Assembly: GCA_044229975.1 (NCBI GenBank)
Contig: JBGARZ010000006.1
Coordinates: 192,001-256,000, forward strand
Origin: Polyangiales bacterium
GTDB lineage: Bacteria > Myxococcota_A > Polyangia > Polyangiales > Ga0077539
DNA length: 64,000 nucleotides
Direction: 5' to 3'
Under the pieces are notes generated by a model, which worked only from the letters and a program-made list of their open reading frames with translations, was not told the origin of the DNA and did not search any database. The position numbers were made by a program, and so were the translations under genes. How positions within the stretch are numbered: position 1 is the first letter of the stretch; the number at the start of each line of letters is the position of its first letter. Below, one piece after another: positions 40,135-51,807 of this stretch.

Positions 40135-40607
40135 CGGTGCCTCTGCTTCATGGCCGCGCGGGCCTCCCGATCGCCCTCGCGCTCCTTGATCTCCTGCCGC
40201 CGGTCGGCGTGGTTCTTCGCGTGCGCGAGGCCGAGCTCGACCTTCACCTTGCTGCCCTTGAAGTAGGCCCGCAGCGCGATGAGCGTGTAGCCCTTCTGCG
40301 ACACCTTGCCGTCGATGCGGTCGATCTCCGTGCGGTGCGCCAGCAGCCGACGCTCGCGCTTCTCCGGGACGCGCGCCGTGCTCGTGAAGGCGTACGGCGG
40401 GATGTACGCGTTGACGAGCGTGAGCTGCCCGTTGAGCACCATCGCGTAGGTGTCGTTGAGCTCCATGCGACCCGAGCGGAGGCTCTTCACCTCCGAGCCG
40501 GTGAGCACCACCCCCACCTCGATGCGCTCGTCGACGGTGTACTTCATCGCGGCGCGGCGGTTCTCCGAGATGATCTTGATGTCCCCGTCGGGGCGCGCGG
40601 CGGCCAT
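40131..40607 (-). CDS. smpB: SsrA-binding protein SmpB
   Basis: ENRRA, GVVLTGSEVKSLR, RRLLAHRTEI, KVELGLA, DRRQEIKER. Confidence 0.95.
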   Translation of the reverse strand: MAAARPDGDIKIISENRRAAMKYTVDERIEVGVVLTGSEVKSLRSGRMELNDTYAMVLNGQLTLVNAYIPPYAFTSTARVPEKRERRLLAHRTEIDRIDGKVSQKGYTLIALRAYFKGSKVKVELGLAHAKNHADRRQEIKEREGDREARAAMKQRHR

Positions 40608-40673
40608 GGCGACCCACCGTGTAGCACGCCCCCGCGCGCAACGTCCGCTCCATGACAGCCCGACAACGGCCCC

Positions 40674-41339
40674 ATGCGCACCAACCCCCTCCGCCTGGTG
40701 TCGGCCCGCCTCGTGGCCCTCACCGATCTCTTCGCCCCGCGCGCCTGCGTCTCGTGCAGCGCGCCCGTCGCCGACGCACCTCTCTGCGACGTCTGCGTCG
40801 TCTCCCTCCTCGACGCGCCCGACCCACCACCCGGCGTCCTCGTCGCCCACGAGCACGGCGGCGCCCTCGCCCGCGCCGTCTACCGCGCCAAGTACGACGG
40901 CGACCCCACCCGCGCCTCCCGCCTCGGCGCGCTGCTCGTCCCGCTCACCCACGCCATCGCGCGGCCGGTCGCGTGCGTCATCCCCGTCCCGCTGCACCCG
41001 CGTCGTCTCCGCGAGCGCGGGTACAACCAGTCCATGGAGCTGGCCCGACCCGTCGCCCGCGCCCTCGCCTGCCCGCTGCGCGCCGAAGGTCTGTTGCGCG
41101 TGCGAGACACCCCGACGCAGACCACCCTCGCGCGGGCCGAGCGCGCCGCCAACGTGGCCGACGCCTTCCGCGCCAGCCGCACGATCTCGCTCACCGGTTC
41201 ACACGTCGTGATCGTCGACGACGTGGTGACCACCGGCGCCACCCTCCGCGCCGCGATGGCCGCCGCTCAGGCCGCGGGCGCCACGTCGGTCACCGGGATC
41301 GCCCTGACCCGGATGCCCCGTCGGGACGCCGCGGGTTGA
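40674..41339 (+). CDS. comF: ComF family phosphoribosyltransferase-like protein
   Basis: CxxC...CxxC, PVPLH, RERGYNQS, IVDDVVTTGAT. Confidence 0.92.
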   Translation: MRTNPLRLVSARLVALTDLFAPRACVSCSAPVADAPLCDVCVVSLLDAPDPPPGVLVAHEHGGALARAVYRAKYDGDPTRASRLGALLVPLTHAIARPVACVIPVPLHPRRLRERGYNQSMELARPVARALACPLRAEGLLRVRDTPTQTTLARAERAANVADAFRASRTISLTGSHVVIVDDVVTTGATLRAAMAAAQAAGATSVTGIALTRMPRRDAAG

Positions 41340-44300
41340 GCCCGTCGAGCCACTGCACCCGCCCCGTCGCGCCGCACTGCTCCCACTGCACCCTCGCACG
41401 CTCGACGCCCGCGTCGCGCGCCGCCCCCGCGGGCGTCACGTGCAGCGCGATGAGCGCCTCGGCGTAGGCCACCTCCGTCCGCATCCCGCGCTCGTGCGCC
41501 AGCGTCAGCGCCTCGCGCCACCGCCGCCCCGCCGTCGACCGATCGCCCTCCGACCACGCGAGCTGCCCCGCCCAGCGCAGCGCCATCGCGCGCCCCACGG
41601 CGTGCGCCTTCGCCCAGCGCTGCACCCGCTCGATGGCCGCGGCGAGGGCGCTCCGCGAGACGCGCCCCGACCCGCGCGCGGCCAGCAGCGTGTCGAGCGA
41701 TCCCTCCCAGATGTGCGCCGCCGTCGGCGGAATCGCGCGCTCCATCCCGACGCCCCGCAGCGCCTCGTCGGCCAGCGACACCGCCTGCTCGACCTGGCCC
41801 TCGCGCAGCGCCACCGCCGACTGCATCGCCCGCGTGAGCGATCGCACCAGCGCGTCGCCGCGGTCGGGCTGGCCCGCCAGCGTCGCGAGCGCGGCCTTCG
41901 CCGCCGCCACGTCGCCGCCCGAGAGGTGCGCGAAGGCCTCGGTGTGCACCAGCGCCACCCGCTGCCCGAACATGTCGTCGCCGAGCGCGTCCATCGCCAC
42001 GGACATGTCGTCGCGCATCGCGTCGACGCGCCCGTCGAACCAGTCGAGCATCGCCATCACCGAGAGGCACAGGCCCTCGTCGAGGCGGTCGCCGCTGAAG
42101 CGCGTCTGCGCGATGGCCCCGTCGAGCAGCGCCCTCGCCCGCGTCCGCTCGTCGCGACCGAGGGCCCACACCGCCTCCAGCATCGACGACGCCGCGCGCC
42201 CTCGCCAGCTCACGCCCGGCCCCGCGGGCGCCGCCGCCGCCGCGCGACCGCGCTCGAAATACCGCTGCGCCACCTGGTCGAGCCCGAGCGTCCCCGCGGC
42301 GTACCCGAGCGCCCCGAGCGCCTCGACGTGGGCGTCGCCCGCCCGCTCGGCGAGGTTGGCCGCGGCGAGGCTCGCGGCCAGCACGGCGGCGTTGTCGCCC
42401 CGGAAGATGGCGAGGTGCGAGAGCTTGCCCGCGGCGTGCGCAGCAACGGTGAGCCCGTCGCGGTGCCTCGGGTCGTCCTGCGACGACGCACCCGGCCGAA
42501 CACCATGCCGCACCTGCTCGGCGAGGTGCTCGGCGAGGAAGCGCGCGCGCGCCATGGAGCTCGACGGGATGCCGTGGGCGTAGGGTTCCATGGCCGCGGT
42601 GAGCCAGCGCTCGGCGCGCGCGAAGTCACCCGTCACGAAGGCCGCGTCGCCGCCCTGCAAGCACCACCGCGCCATGGTCAGCCGCATGACTTCGTCGTGG
42701 GCGCGCCCGCGGTTCCAGGTGATGGCCACGTCGAGGAAGCGGATGACGTCCGCGAAGGCCCCGTCGCGGTACGAGCGCTCCCCCGCGCGGCCCGCGTGAA
42801 ACGCCTCCTTCGCCGGGTCGCCCGCCTCGCGCCAGTGCAGCACCAGGTCGGCGTGGAGCGTCCCCATCGCGGGGTCGCTGCGCAGCACCGCCTCCAGCGC
42901 CTCGGCCGCCCGCAGGTGCAGCACGCGCCGTCGCGCTGCGGTGAGGTCGTTCCACGCGGCCTCGCGGAGCTTGTCGTGCACCAGCCGGAAGCGATCGCCG
43001 CCGGCCTCTTCGAGAATCTGCCGCAGCGACAGCTCGCGCAGCGCGTCGGCTGCCGCGGCCTCGGGGAGCCCCGACACCTCCACCAGCACCGACGCCTCGA
43101 CCTCGCGACCGAGCACCGCCGCAGCCTCCACCAGCGCGTGCGCGTCCGGCGCGAGGCCCCGCAGCCGCCGCCCTACCAGGTCGAGCAGCGAGCGCGGAAC
43201 CGGCAGCGCCTCGGCCGAGATCGCGTCGAGCTGCCAGCGCCCGCTGGCGTCGCGCCCGAGGATGCCCTCGGCGATGGCCATGCGGAGGTACTCGGACACG
43301 TAGAAGGGATTGCCGCGGGAGTGCGTGGAGAGAAACTCCACCAGGGCTGCGGGGGGTGTCGCGAGGGCCAGCATGTCGGACACCAGCGCGGCGACCGAGG
43401 TGCCCTCCAGGCGGCCGACCTTGAGGCGCATCACAGCGGGCGAGGCGAGCAGCCGCGGGAGGGTCGTTCCCACCTCGTTGTCGCGAAACGTCCCCAGGAT
43501 GAGCACCCGGTGCTTCGCGAAAAACGCCTGGCTCAGCGTGGCGAGCAGCGTGATGCTGAGGTCATCGGCCCACTGGAGGTCATCGATGACGAGCAGCAGC
43601 GGCTCGTCGCGGGACACCGCCGCGAGGGTGTCGCGCACCGCTTCGAGGGTGCGCCGTCGTGCGGCGGGCGCAGGAAGATCGGCGAGCGGCGGGAGGTCGG
43701 CGAAGCCATTGACCGTGGCGATGGACGGCTCGTAGCGCGCGAGCACGCGGGCCCACGTCTTGAGCCACTTGGAAAACACCGTGACGCCATCATCACTGCA
43801 CCGGTCGGCCAGCGCCTGGAACAACCCCCGAAACGGGTGCAGCGCCGACCCCCGGCCCTCGACGCGCATGTCGACGTTTTGCACGCCGCTGAAGGAGTTG
43901 TCCGTCGCGTCCTCGTGGCGCGGGTCGGCGTCCTCCGCGCGGGGCAGCGACACGCACTCGCCCGCCACCACGAACACCTCATCGCGCGCGGCCTGCTGGG
44001 CGACCTCGGCCACGATGCGGGTCTTCCCGACGCCGCTCTGCCCGCCCAACAGAACGATGCCGCCGCGGCCTTCGCGCAGGTCGCGCACCCGCTGGTGGAG
44101 CTCGCGCAGGGTCTCCTCGCGGCCGACGATGCCGGGGCGGTAGAGGTACGCCGACGGCTTGAGGATGGTCGACGACGGCCGCGTCTCCGCGGCGGTGTCG
44201 ATGCTCTCGCCCTCGGAGATCTCCCACAGCGCCTGGGCCACGTCGTCGGCGTGGCCGATGCGGTCGCGCGGTGACTTGGCGAGCAGCCGCATCACCAGGT

Positions 44301-45174
44301 CGTCGAGCGGGGGAGGCACCCCGGCGACCCGCAGCGACGGGAGCTCGGGGGCGGTGTTGCGGTGCATGTTCATGGTGTCCATCACGGTGCGCCCCACGAA
44401 GGGGACGGTGCCGGTGAGGGCCTCGTAGAGCATGCAGCCGAGGGCGTAGAGGTCGCAGCGGGCGTCGACGCGACCGCCCGTGGTCTGCTCGGGCGCCATG
44501 TACGCGGTGGTGCCGACCATGTTGGAGCCGACGTCGACGACCTCGCGCCCGGCGGCGCCGTGCACCTTGGCGACGACGCCGAAGTCCATGAGCACCGGCG
44601 TCCCGTCCTTCCTCAAGAACACGTTGGCCGGCTTGAGGTCGCGGTGCACGATCCCCTGGCCGTGCACGAACGCGAGCGGCACGCACAGCCGGCGGAAGAG
44701 CGCGAGCACCTCGTCGAGCTTGCCGCACGCGGCGAGGGGCCGGTCGACCATCAGACCGGTCATCGGGGGAAGGGTGACCACGGCCCGACCGGTGTTGAGC
44801 GTGGGCTCGCGGGGGATGGGGGCGGTGGCGGCGTGGGCGTCGGAGAACAGCGGCTCCGCGAGGATGTCCCAGAGGGTGGAGAGGAAGTCTCGAAGGGTCT
44901 CGCCTTCGAGGAGTTCCATGGCGTACCAGGGGCCTACCTCGTGGAGGCCGACCTCCTCGATGCGGATGACGTTGGGGTGCACGGTGCGCCGCAGCGCGAG
45001 CACCTCGCGGCGGATGGATGCCAGCAGGTCGGAGCTCGCCACGCGCACGGTCTTGAGCGCGACGACGGCGCCGGTCTCCTCGTGCACCGCCCGGTACACG
45101 ACGCCCATTCCACCTTCACCGATCACGCGGTCGACCCGGTACGGGCCGATCTGCTCTGGATTGGCGGCAGTCAC
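41290..45174 (-). CDS. Ser/Thr protein kinase + STAND-like AAA ATPase + helical repeat region
   Basis: GEGGMG, VALK, HRDLKPAN, DFG, YMAPE; GQSGVGKT; IDDLQWAD; GNPFY. Confidence 0.92.
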   Translation of the reverse strand: MTAANPEQIGPYRVDRVIGEGGMGVVYRAVHEETGAVVALKTVRVASSDLLASIRREVLALRRTVHPNVIRIEEVGLHEVGPWYAMELLEGETLRDFLSTLWDILAEPLFSDAHAATAPIPREPTLNTGRAVVTLPPMTGLMVDRPLAACGKLDEVLALFRRLCVPLAFVHGQGIVHRDLKPANVFLRKDGTPVLMDFGVVAKVHGAAGREVVDVGSNMVGTTAYMAPEQTTGGRVDARCDLYALGCMLYEALTGTVPFVGRTVMDTMNMHRNTAPELPSLRVAGVPPPLDDLVMRLLAKSPRDRIGHADDVAQALWEISEGESIDTAAETRPSSTILKPSAYLYRPGIVGREETLRELHQRVRDLREGRGGIVLLGGQSGVGKTRIVAEVAQQAARDEVFVVAGECVSLPRAEDADPRHEDATDNSFSGVQNVDMRVEGRGSALHPFRGLFQALADRCSDDGVTVFSKWLKTWARVLARYEPSIATVNGFADLPPLADLPAPAARRRTLEAVRDTLAAVSRDEPLLLVIDDLQWADDLSITLLATLSQAFFAKHRVLILGTFRDNEVGTTLPRLLASPAVMRLKVGRLEGTSVAALVSDMLALATPPAALVEFLSTHSRGNPFYVSEYLRMAIAEGILGRDASGRWQLDAISAEALPVPRSLLDLVGRRLRGLAPDAHALVEAAAVLGREVEASVLVEVSGLPEAAAADALRELSLRQILEEAGGDRFRLVHDKLREAAWNDLTAARRRVLHLRAAEALEAVLRSDPAMGTLHADLVLHWREAGDPAKEAFHAGRAGERSYRDGAFADVIRFLDVAITWNRGRAHDEVMRLTMARWCLQGGDAAFVTGDFARAERWLTAAMEPYAHGIPSSSMARARFLAEHLAEQVRHGVRPGASSQDDPRHRDGLTVAAHAAGKLSHLAIFRGDNAAVLAASLAAANLAERAGDAHVEALGALGYAAGTLGLDQVAQRYFERGRAAAAAPAGPGVSWRGRAASSMLEAVWALGRDERTRARALLDGAIAQTRFSGDRLDEGLCLSVMAMLDWFDGRVDAMRDDMSVAMDALGDDMFGQRVALVHTEAFAHLSGGDVAAAKAALATLAGQPDRGDALVRSLTRAMQSAVALREGQVEQAVSLADEALRGVGMERAIPPTAAHIWEGSLDTLLAARGSGRVSRSALAAAIERVQRWAKAHAVGRAMALRWAGQLAWSEGDRSTAGRRWREALTLAHERGMRTEVAYAEALIALHVTPAGAARDAGVERARVQWEQCGATGRVQWLDGLNPRRPDGASGSGRSR

Positions 45175-45304
45175 GCGAGAGGCACCCTCGCGGCGACGCT
45201 ATCACGAAAGCCCCGCCCGCCCGGACGTTCGCAACAGCGATCACACGGACGAGGCGGAGACTTGTAGAGGCTGGAATTGAGGGGAGAGAGGGAGCGGTCG
45301 GCGA

Positions 45305-46198
45305 TCAGGCGCTGTCGCCGTCGCCCGCCGTGCGGCGAACCCAGAGCATCGCGTCGGCGCGTCGCTCGCCGGGGGCGAGGTGCTGCGAGAGCACGCCCGT
45401 GCGGCGGTAGCCGGCCCCGAGAAACACTGCCGCGAGCAGGGGGCTGTCGGCCGGGGTCATGGCGAAGGTGCAGCCGATTTCGCGGGCCTTGAGGGCCTCG
45501 TGCAGACCGTGGATCGCCCCGGCGAGCACGCGGGCCTCGTCGGTCTTGGTGGGCACCATGGCGATCTGGATATAGGCGTTGCCGAAGGGCTCTTGCAGTT
45601 CGGCGGTGACGAGCTGCGCGTTGGTGCGGCCGCGACCGAGCACGTGCATCCGGTCGCCCGACCGCAGGAAGCGCTCTTCGAACCACGCGGTGGTCTTGCG
45701 GTTGCGCGCGGGGCCGACGCCCTGGGCGATCACCTGGAGGTCGGTGAGCACCTCGATCTTGAGGCCCTTCACGGCGGTGATCTCGACCACGAGCTTGCGC
45801 GCCTGGACGAGCACCTTCTCGGCGGCGTTGGTGTCCGCTGGCGGCGTGAGGGGCGCGCCGTCTTCGTCGACGAGCGGCGGGTCGGTGATGACCCGGCCCA
45901 TGAGGTAGGCGTCGGAGCGCTTGTAGTAGCCGGGGATGGTGCCCTCGCGGGCGTAGCCCACCTTGGCCCAGCCGAGGCTCTCTTCCTTCTCGACGAAGGT
46001 GTAGATGCGGTTGATGCCCTCGCGCTGCGCGAGCTCGTCGAGGCGCTGCTGCTTCAGGGGGAAGTTGCCAGCGAGGAAATCCACCAGCCGCGCTGTGCGC
46101 ATGCGGCGGTTGACGATGAGGCTGACGTGGATGCCCTCCCGCCGGTAGGAAACCTCTTCGATGACGGACCGTGGGTTCGTCTGGATCTGCATGGACAT
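45305..46198 (-). CDS. Tandem GNAT-like protein resembling beta-lysine N-acetyltransferase AblB/YodP
   Basis: GYAREGTIPGYY, AEL...NA, CTFA, GYRRTGVL, DAMLWVR pattern recalled from the AblB family. Confidence 0.55.
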   Translation of the reverse strand: MSMQIQTNPRSVIEEVSYRREGIHVSLIVNRRMRTARLVDFLAGNFPLKQQRLDELAQREGINRIYTFVEKEESLGWAKVGYAREGTIPGYYKRSDAYLMGRVITDPPLVDEDGAPLTPPADTNAAEKVLVQARKLVVEITAVKGLKIEVLTDLQVIAQGVGPARNRKTTAWFEERFLRSGDRMHVLGRGRTNAQLVTAELQEPFGNAYIQIAMVPTKTDEARVLAGAIHGLHEALKAREIGCTFAMTPADSPLLAAVFLGAGYRRTGVLSQHLAPGERRADAMLWVRRTAGDGDSA

Positions 46199-46350
46199 CG
46201 TCGAGTGCACCCCGCTGCCGAAGAATACCCGGGGACGTATCACCCCCGGCGCCCGCGGCCGCTGTTCTGGCGCTCTCTAGTCAAGGCCCTGGAGATGGGA
46301 GCGGGGAGTGGGGGGGACGGTCAGCAGGTGACCGTCAGCGGGGGGGAGGA

Positions 46351-48369
46351 TCAGTGCGCGGCGGGGGCCGCGAGGGCCGCGTCGATGCGGCGCTGGAACT
46401 CCTCGAAGGGCAGCGCGCCCGCGAAGAACTTCCCGTTGATGAAGAAGGCCGGGGTGCCGATCTGGGCGCCGGTGGCGTCCGCGGCGGCCATGTCGTCACG
46501 AACACGCGCCTGGTGGGTGTGGCCGTCGAGCGCGGCGCGGAAGCGCGCCATGTCGAGGCCCTGCTCCTGGGCGTAGCGCTCGAGGTCGGCGCGCTCGATG
46601 TGCGCCTGGTTCTCGAACAGGTGGTCGTGGAAGCGCCAGAAGCCCTGGTTGCCGCGCTGGGCGAACGCCTCCTGGGCGGCCTCCGCGGCGAGCATGGCGT
46701 TGTTGTGGAAGGGGAGCGGGTAATCGCGCCACACGAAGCGCACCTGGGTGGGGTAGCGCGTGCGGATCTGGGCGATCTGCGACGCGACGCGCGAGCAGAA
46801 CGGGCACTGGTAGTCCGAGAAGTGCTCGATGACGACGCGGGCGTTGGCCGGGCCGAAGCTCGGGGCGCGCGGGTTGGGGCGCACGGTGTAGACGCGGTTC
46901 TCGTCGGCCGCGGGGGCCGCGGGGGCGGCGGCCGCGGGGGCGGCGCCACCGCCGGTGCGGCGGATGGTGGTGTCGGCGGCGGCCATCATGCGCTCGTAGA
47001 GGTTCGCGCGGGTGGTGCCCGGGTGCGTCCGCATGAACTCCTCGGCCTTGGTCTTCACCTCGTCGATGAGGCGGGTGAACGCCTCGACGGGCTGCGCGCC
47101 GACGAGGCGGCGGCCGTTGATGAAGAAGTGCGGGGTGCCGTTGGCCTCGAGGCGCTGGGCCTGGGCGTGGTCGGCGTCGATCGCGGCGATGTGCGTGTGC
47201 GCGGTCATCGCGGCGTTGTAGCGGGCCATGTTGAGGCCGGCCTGCTGGGCGTACTGGTCGAGGTTGGTGCGCTCGAGGGCGGTCTGGTGCTCGAAGAGGA
47301 TGCCGTGCATCTGCCAGAACCCGGCGTTGCCGCGCTGGGCGAAGGCTTCCATGGCGAGCTCAGCCGCGGGGCGGGCCTTGTCGTGGAAGGGGAGCGGCTC
47401 GTTCTTCCAGACGATGCGGATGTCCTGGCCGTAGCGGGTACGGAGGGCTTCCATCGTGGGGTTCACGCGCGAGCAGAAGGGGCACTGGAAGTCCGAGAAG
47501 ATGACCACCGTGACGAGCGCGGTGTTGGGGCCCTGGACGGGCGAGTTGCCCACGTCGACGCGGAGCACCTGCGCCGGATCGGGCTCCGACGGGGCGGGCT
47601 GGTCGGGCTGGCTCGGCCGCGCGGGCTCGGCGCCCGGAACGGGGTCGGCGACCATGTTGGCGTACACGCGGTTGCGCGGCTGGATGGTGCGCGCGCGGGC
47701 GAGCACCTGGTCGATGATGGTCTTGAACCGGTCGAAGGGCTGGGCGCCGGTGACCTGGGTCCCGTTGATGAAGAAGTTGGGCGTGCCCTGCGCGCCGACG
47801 GCCTGCGCGAGGGTCTTGTCACGCTCCACGGCGGCCTGGTGCGTGTGGTTGGTCATGGCCGTGCGGAAGCGCGCCATGTTGAGGCCGACCTGCTGCGCGA
47901 GGCGCTCCAGGGTGGCGGTGTCGAGGTTCTGCTGGTTCTGGTAGAGCAGGTCGTGCATCTGCCAGAACTTGGCGTTGCCGCCCTGCGCGAACGCCTCCTG
48001 GGCGGCCTCGGCCGCGGGGCCCGCGTTGTTGTGGAAGGGCAGCGGGGCGTTCTTCCAGACGATGCGGACGTCGTTGCCGTACTGCGTGCGAATCTGGCGG
48101 AGGGTCTCCTCCACGCGCGTGCAGAACGGGCACTGGAAGTCCGAGAACTCCACGATGGTGACGAGCGCGTTGGCGGGGCCCAGCGACGGCGAGTTGCCGA
48201 CCGGGATCCGCTCGGCGTCGACCATGGCCGCGCCGCTGTTGGGGGTGTTGCTGGCCTCGGCGGTGACGCCGCCGGGTTCCGCTGGTGCCTTCGAGCCCGT
48301 GATGTTGCCCACCACGAACCCGAGCACCAACGCCATGATGATGGAGATGGCTGATGCTCCCTTGCTCAC
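46351..48369 (-). CDS. Membrane-anchored protein with three DsbA/thioredoxin domains
   Basis: Three FSD(F/Y)QCPFC motifs and three GTPxFFING motifs; N-terminal hydrophobic helix; GAGGA RBS before GTG. Confidence 0.92.
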   Translation of the reverse strand: MSKGASAISIIMALVLGFVVGNITGSKAPAEPGGVTAEASNTPNSGAAMVDAERIPVGNSPSLGPANALVTIVEFSDFQCPFCTRVEETLRQIRTQYGNDVRIVWKNAPLPFHNNAGPAAEAAQEAFAQGGNAKFWQMHDLLYQNQQNLDTATLERLAQQVGLNMARFRTAMTNHTHQAAVERDKTLAQAVGAQGTPNFFINGTQVTGAQPFDRFKTIIDQVLARARTIQPRNRVYANMVADPVPGAEPARPSQPDQPAPSEPDPAQVLRVDVGNSPVQGPNTALVTVVIFSDFQCPFCSRVNPTMEALRTRYGQDIRIVWKNEPLPFHDKARPAAELAMEAFAQRGNAGFWQMHGILFEHQTALERTNLDQYAQQAGLNMARYNAAMTAHTHIAAIDADHAQAQRLEANGTPHFFINGRRLVGAQPVEAFTRLIDEVKTKAEEFMRTHPGTTRANLYERMMAAADTTIRRTGGGAAPAAAAPAAPAADENRVYTVRPNPRAPSFGPANARVVIEHFSDYQCPFCSRVASQIAQIRTRYPTQVRFVWRDYPLPFHNNAMLAAEAAQEAFAQRGNQGFWRFHDHLFENQAHIERADLERYAQEQGLDMARFRAALDGHTHQARVRDDMAAADATGAQIGTPAFFINGKFFAGALPFEEFQRRIDAALAAPAAH

Positions 48370-48692
48370 AAGATCCTCTGTTCCATGGTCAGTGACTGAT
48401 TGAAGAGAGACGCGCGACGCTGACCGTCCTCGCGCGGCACCCGTACCAGAAGACACTCTTGTGCCCGATGCGTGGGACACGTTGAGGGTCATCCACCGCG
48501 ACGACGCACCGGGCACGTTCGTTGTCGTCGACGATGGAGTTCCACGGCTCCGGCGGGTCGACGGGCGCGCTCGTGGTGGAGCGGGCGCGCGTCGGCGACC
48601 CTACGAGCCGTCGCAGTCCGCGACGCCTGATGGTGGTCGGGCGTCCCGGTTACGGGCGCACGTCATCCATCGTGTGGCGTCGCAGGCTGCGG

Positions 48693-49130
48693 TCAGGCGC
48701 TCGGCGGACGCCAGGGTGTCCGCATCGCCCCCGCGCGCGGACCGCCATGGAACTGCGCCGCCGGGTCGACGAGGTCGACCGCCTGCGGTGGAACTTCGGG
48801 GAACCCCAACGTGAGCTCGACCGGCTCGTGGTGGGCGGACCAGCTTCCGTTGTGCGTCGGCGCGTCGGGCGCGTCGACCTGGCAGCCGGGCTGGCTGGGG
48901 TCGCTGCACAGCGTCGGCGCCTGCGAGTGCGACGGCATCGCGGGGAGCGCGACGGCGACGACAACGACGGGCTTGCTGATCTTGAGCGGTGAGGTCACCT
49001 GGTCGTCGGCCGTGGGCCGGTAGCTCGCGAGCGTGCCGTAGCACCGACCCTGCGAGTGCTGCGCGTGCGCCGATGCGCCCGTGAAGATCACGGCGAAGGC
49101 GGCGCAGAGTGCGAGGACCAGGGAGCGCAT
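48693..49130 (-). CDS. Small exported hypothetical protein ending in WRPPSA
   Basis: Clear signal peptide (MRSLVLALCAAFAVIFTGASAHA); Cys pair; Pro-rich body. Confidence 0.65.
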   Translation of the reverse strand: MRSLVLALCAAFAVIFTGASAHAQHSQGRCYGTLASYRPTADDQVTSPLKISKPVVVVAVALPAMPSHSQAPTLCSDPSQPGCQVDAPDAPTHNGSWSAHHEPVELTLGFPEVPPQAVDLVDPAAQFHGGPRAGAMRTPWRPPSA

Positions 49131-49237
49131 CGGTGGGTGGATCGAGCGACGGAGTAACCGATCGCCCATGGATGCGCAACCATCCGAGGGGAACAGCCTA
49201 TTCCCGGGTGTCGTGAAGCAGGTCGCTGAAATAGACA

Positions 49238-49274
49238 CAGGGGACGGACTGGCTCGTGACCAGTGCGTCCCCTG
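49238..49274 (-). terminator. Strong hairpin, possible terminator
   Basis: caggggacg...cgtcccctg with inner actgg/ccagt; followed by tgtctatttc on the minus strand (weak U tract). Confidence 0.4.
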
Positions 49275-50313
49275 CGGAGGGGAATCACGCCCGACGCGCT
49301 CAGGTCAGCGCGCAGGTGCGGAGGTACCGCCTACCTTGGGCATGCCCCTGCATTGGAGAGACGGAAGTTCAAATTGCCCATTGTGCGTCGCTACCTCCCG
49401 CGGCGATGCCGCAGCCCGAGGGACGCCGGGAGTGATCCCGGTCCACGTTCCGAGCCTTCGAGTGATGGAGAGCCGGTGCGCACCATGCGCCCGTGCTCGG
49501 GTTGAGTCGTCGGGAACACTCGCGTGTTCGGGACCAGCCCCGGGACGGATGTCCACCCTTGGACCTTCGTGATGAGCCTCTCCCCGTGACGCGATGAGCG
49601 TCCCTGTATCGAGCGGTCGAGCATCAGGCCACGACAGGTACACCACGATCAAGCCGACCCTATCATCGCACCCCATCCGGTGCCAAGAACTCATGACGGA
49701 GACCCGTATTTTCGAGCCGCGCGAGGGAGTTCCGGGGCCTCCGAGGGCTGTGACAGGATATGTCTTCGATGGTGACAGACTATGTCCCATGGGTGATGGC
49801 GTCGCGTGCTCGTTGTCTCTACGGTCACTCGCATGAACGCCGCGTCCGCCACCTTCCTCACCACCTCCCAGTTCCGTTGGATCGAGGGTGCCGCGGGGCT
49901 CCACCCGCGAGCCGTCGCGCTGGCGTCGCGTCGCTCGCTCCTCCGTGAGCGCTTCTACACGGCGGTGCTGCCCGACCTCGCGCGGCGCGAGGTGCGGCGA
50001 CACATCCAAGGCATCGGCGTGCGTGGCGGGTCGTCGCGCGCGATCTGGTCGTCGTGGCAGATGCCGGGCGAAGACCGGGTGCTGTGGGCGCTACAGGTGA
50101 GCACGCGGCAGGTGCCTGGAGCGATCGAGGGGAAGGCGCCCGCCAACGACGGCTACGTGCTGGCTGCGTGGGGCGACGGGCCGGTCATCGCGTGGGCCAA
50201 CGACCGGCCCGCCGTGCGCGCGGTGCTGCGCGAGGCGCTCGCGACGCTGCCGTCGTGGTTGAGCGCGGGCGTGGTGTCGGGCGACGCGACGCTGCCGCTG
50301 CGCATCGTCCCGG

Positions 50314-51768
<1,455 letters not shown>

Positions 51769-51807
51769 CCGCGGCGCAACCTATCGCTCACCTGACATTA
51801 GCTTCTG

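Noticed and set aside
40131..40673. tmRNA (ssrA) near smpB
   Set aside because: No intergenic space or tRNA-like termini adjacent to smpB
49668..49687. Sigma-54 promoter (TGGCAC on the minus strand)
   Set aside because: No TTGC at the required -12 spacing
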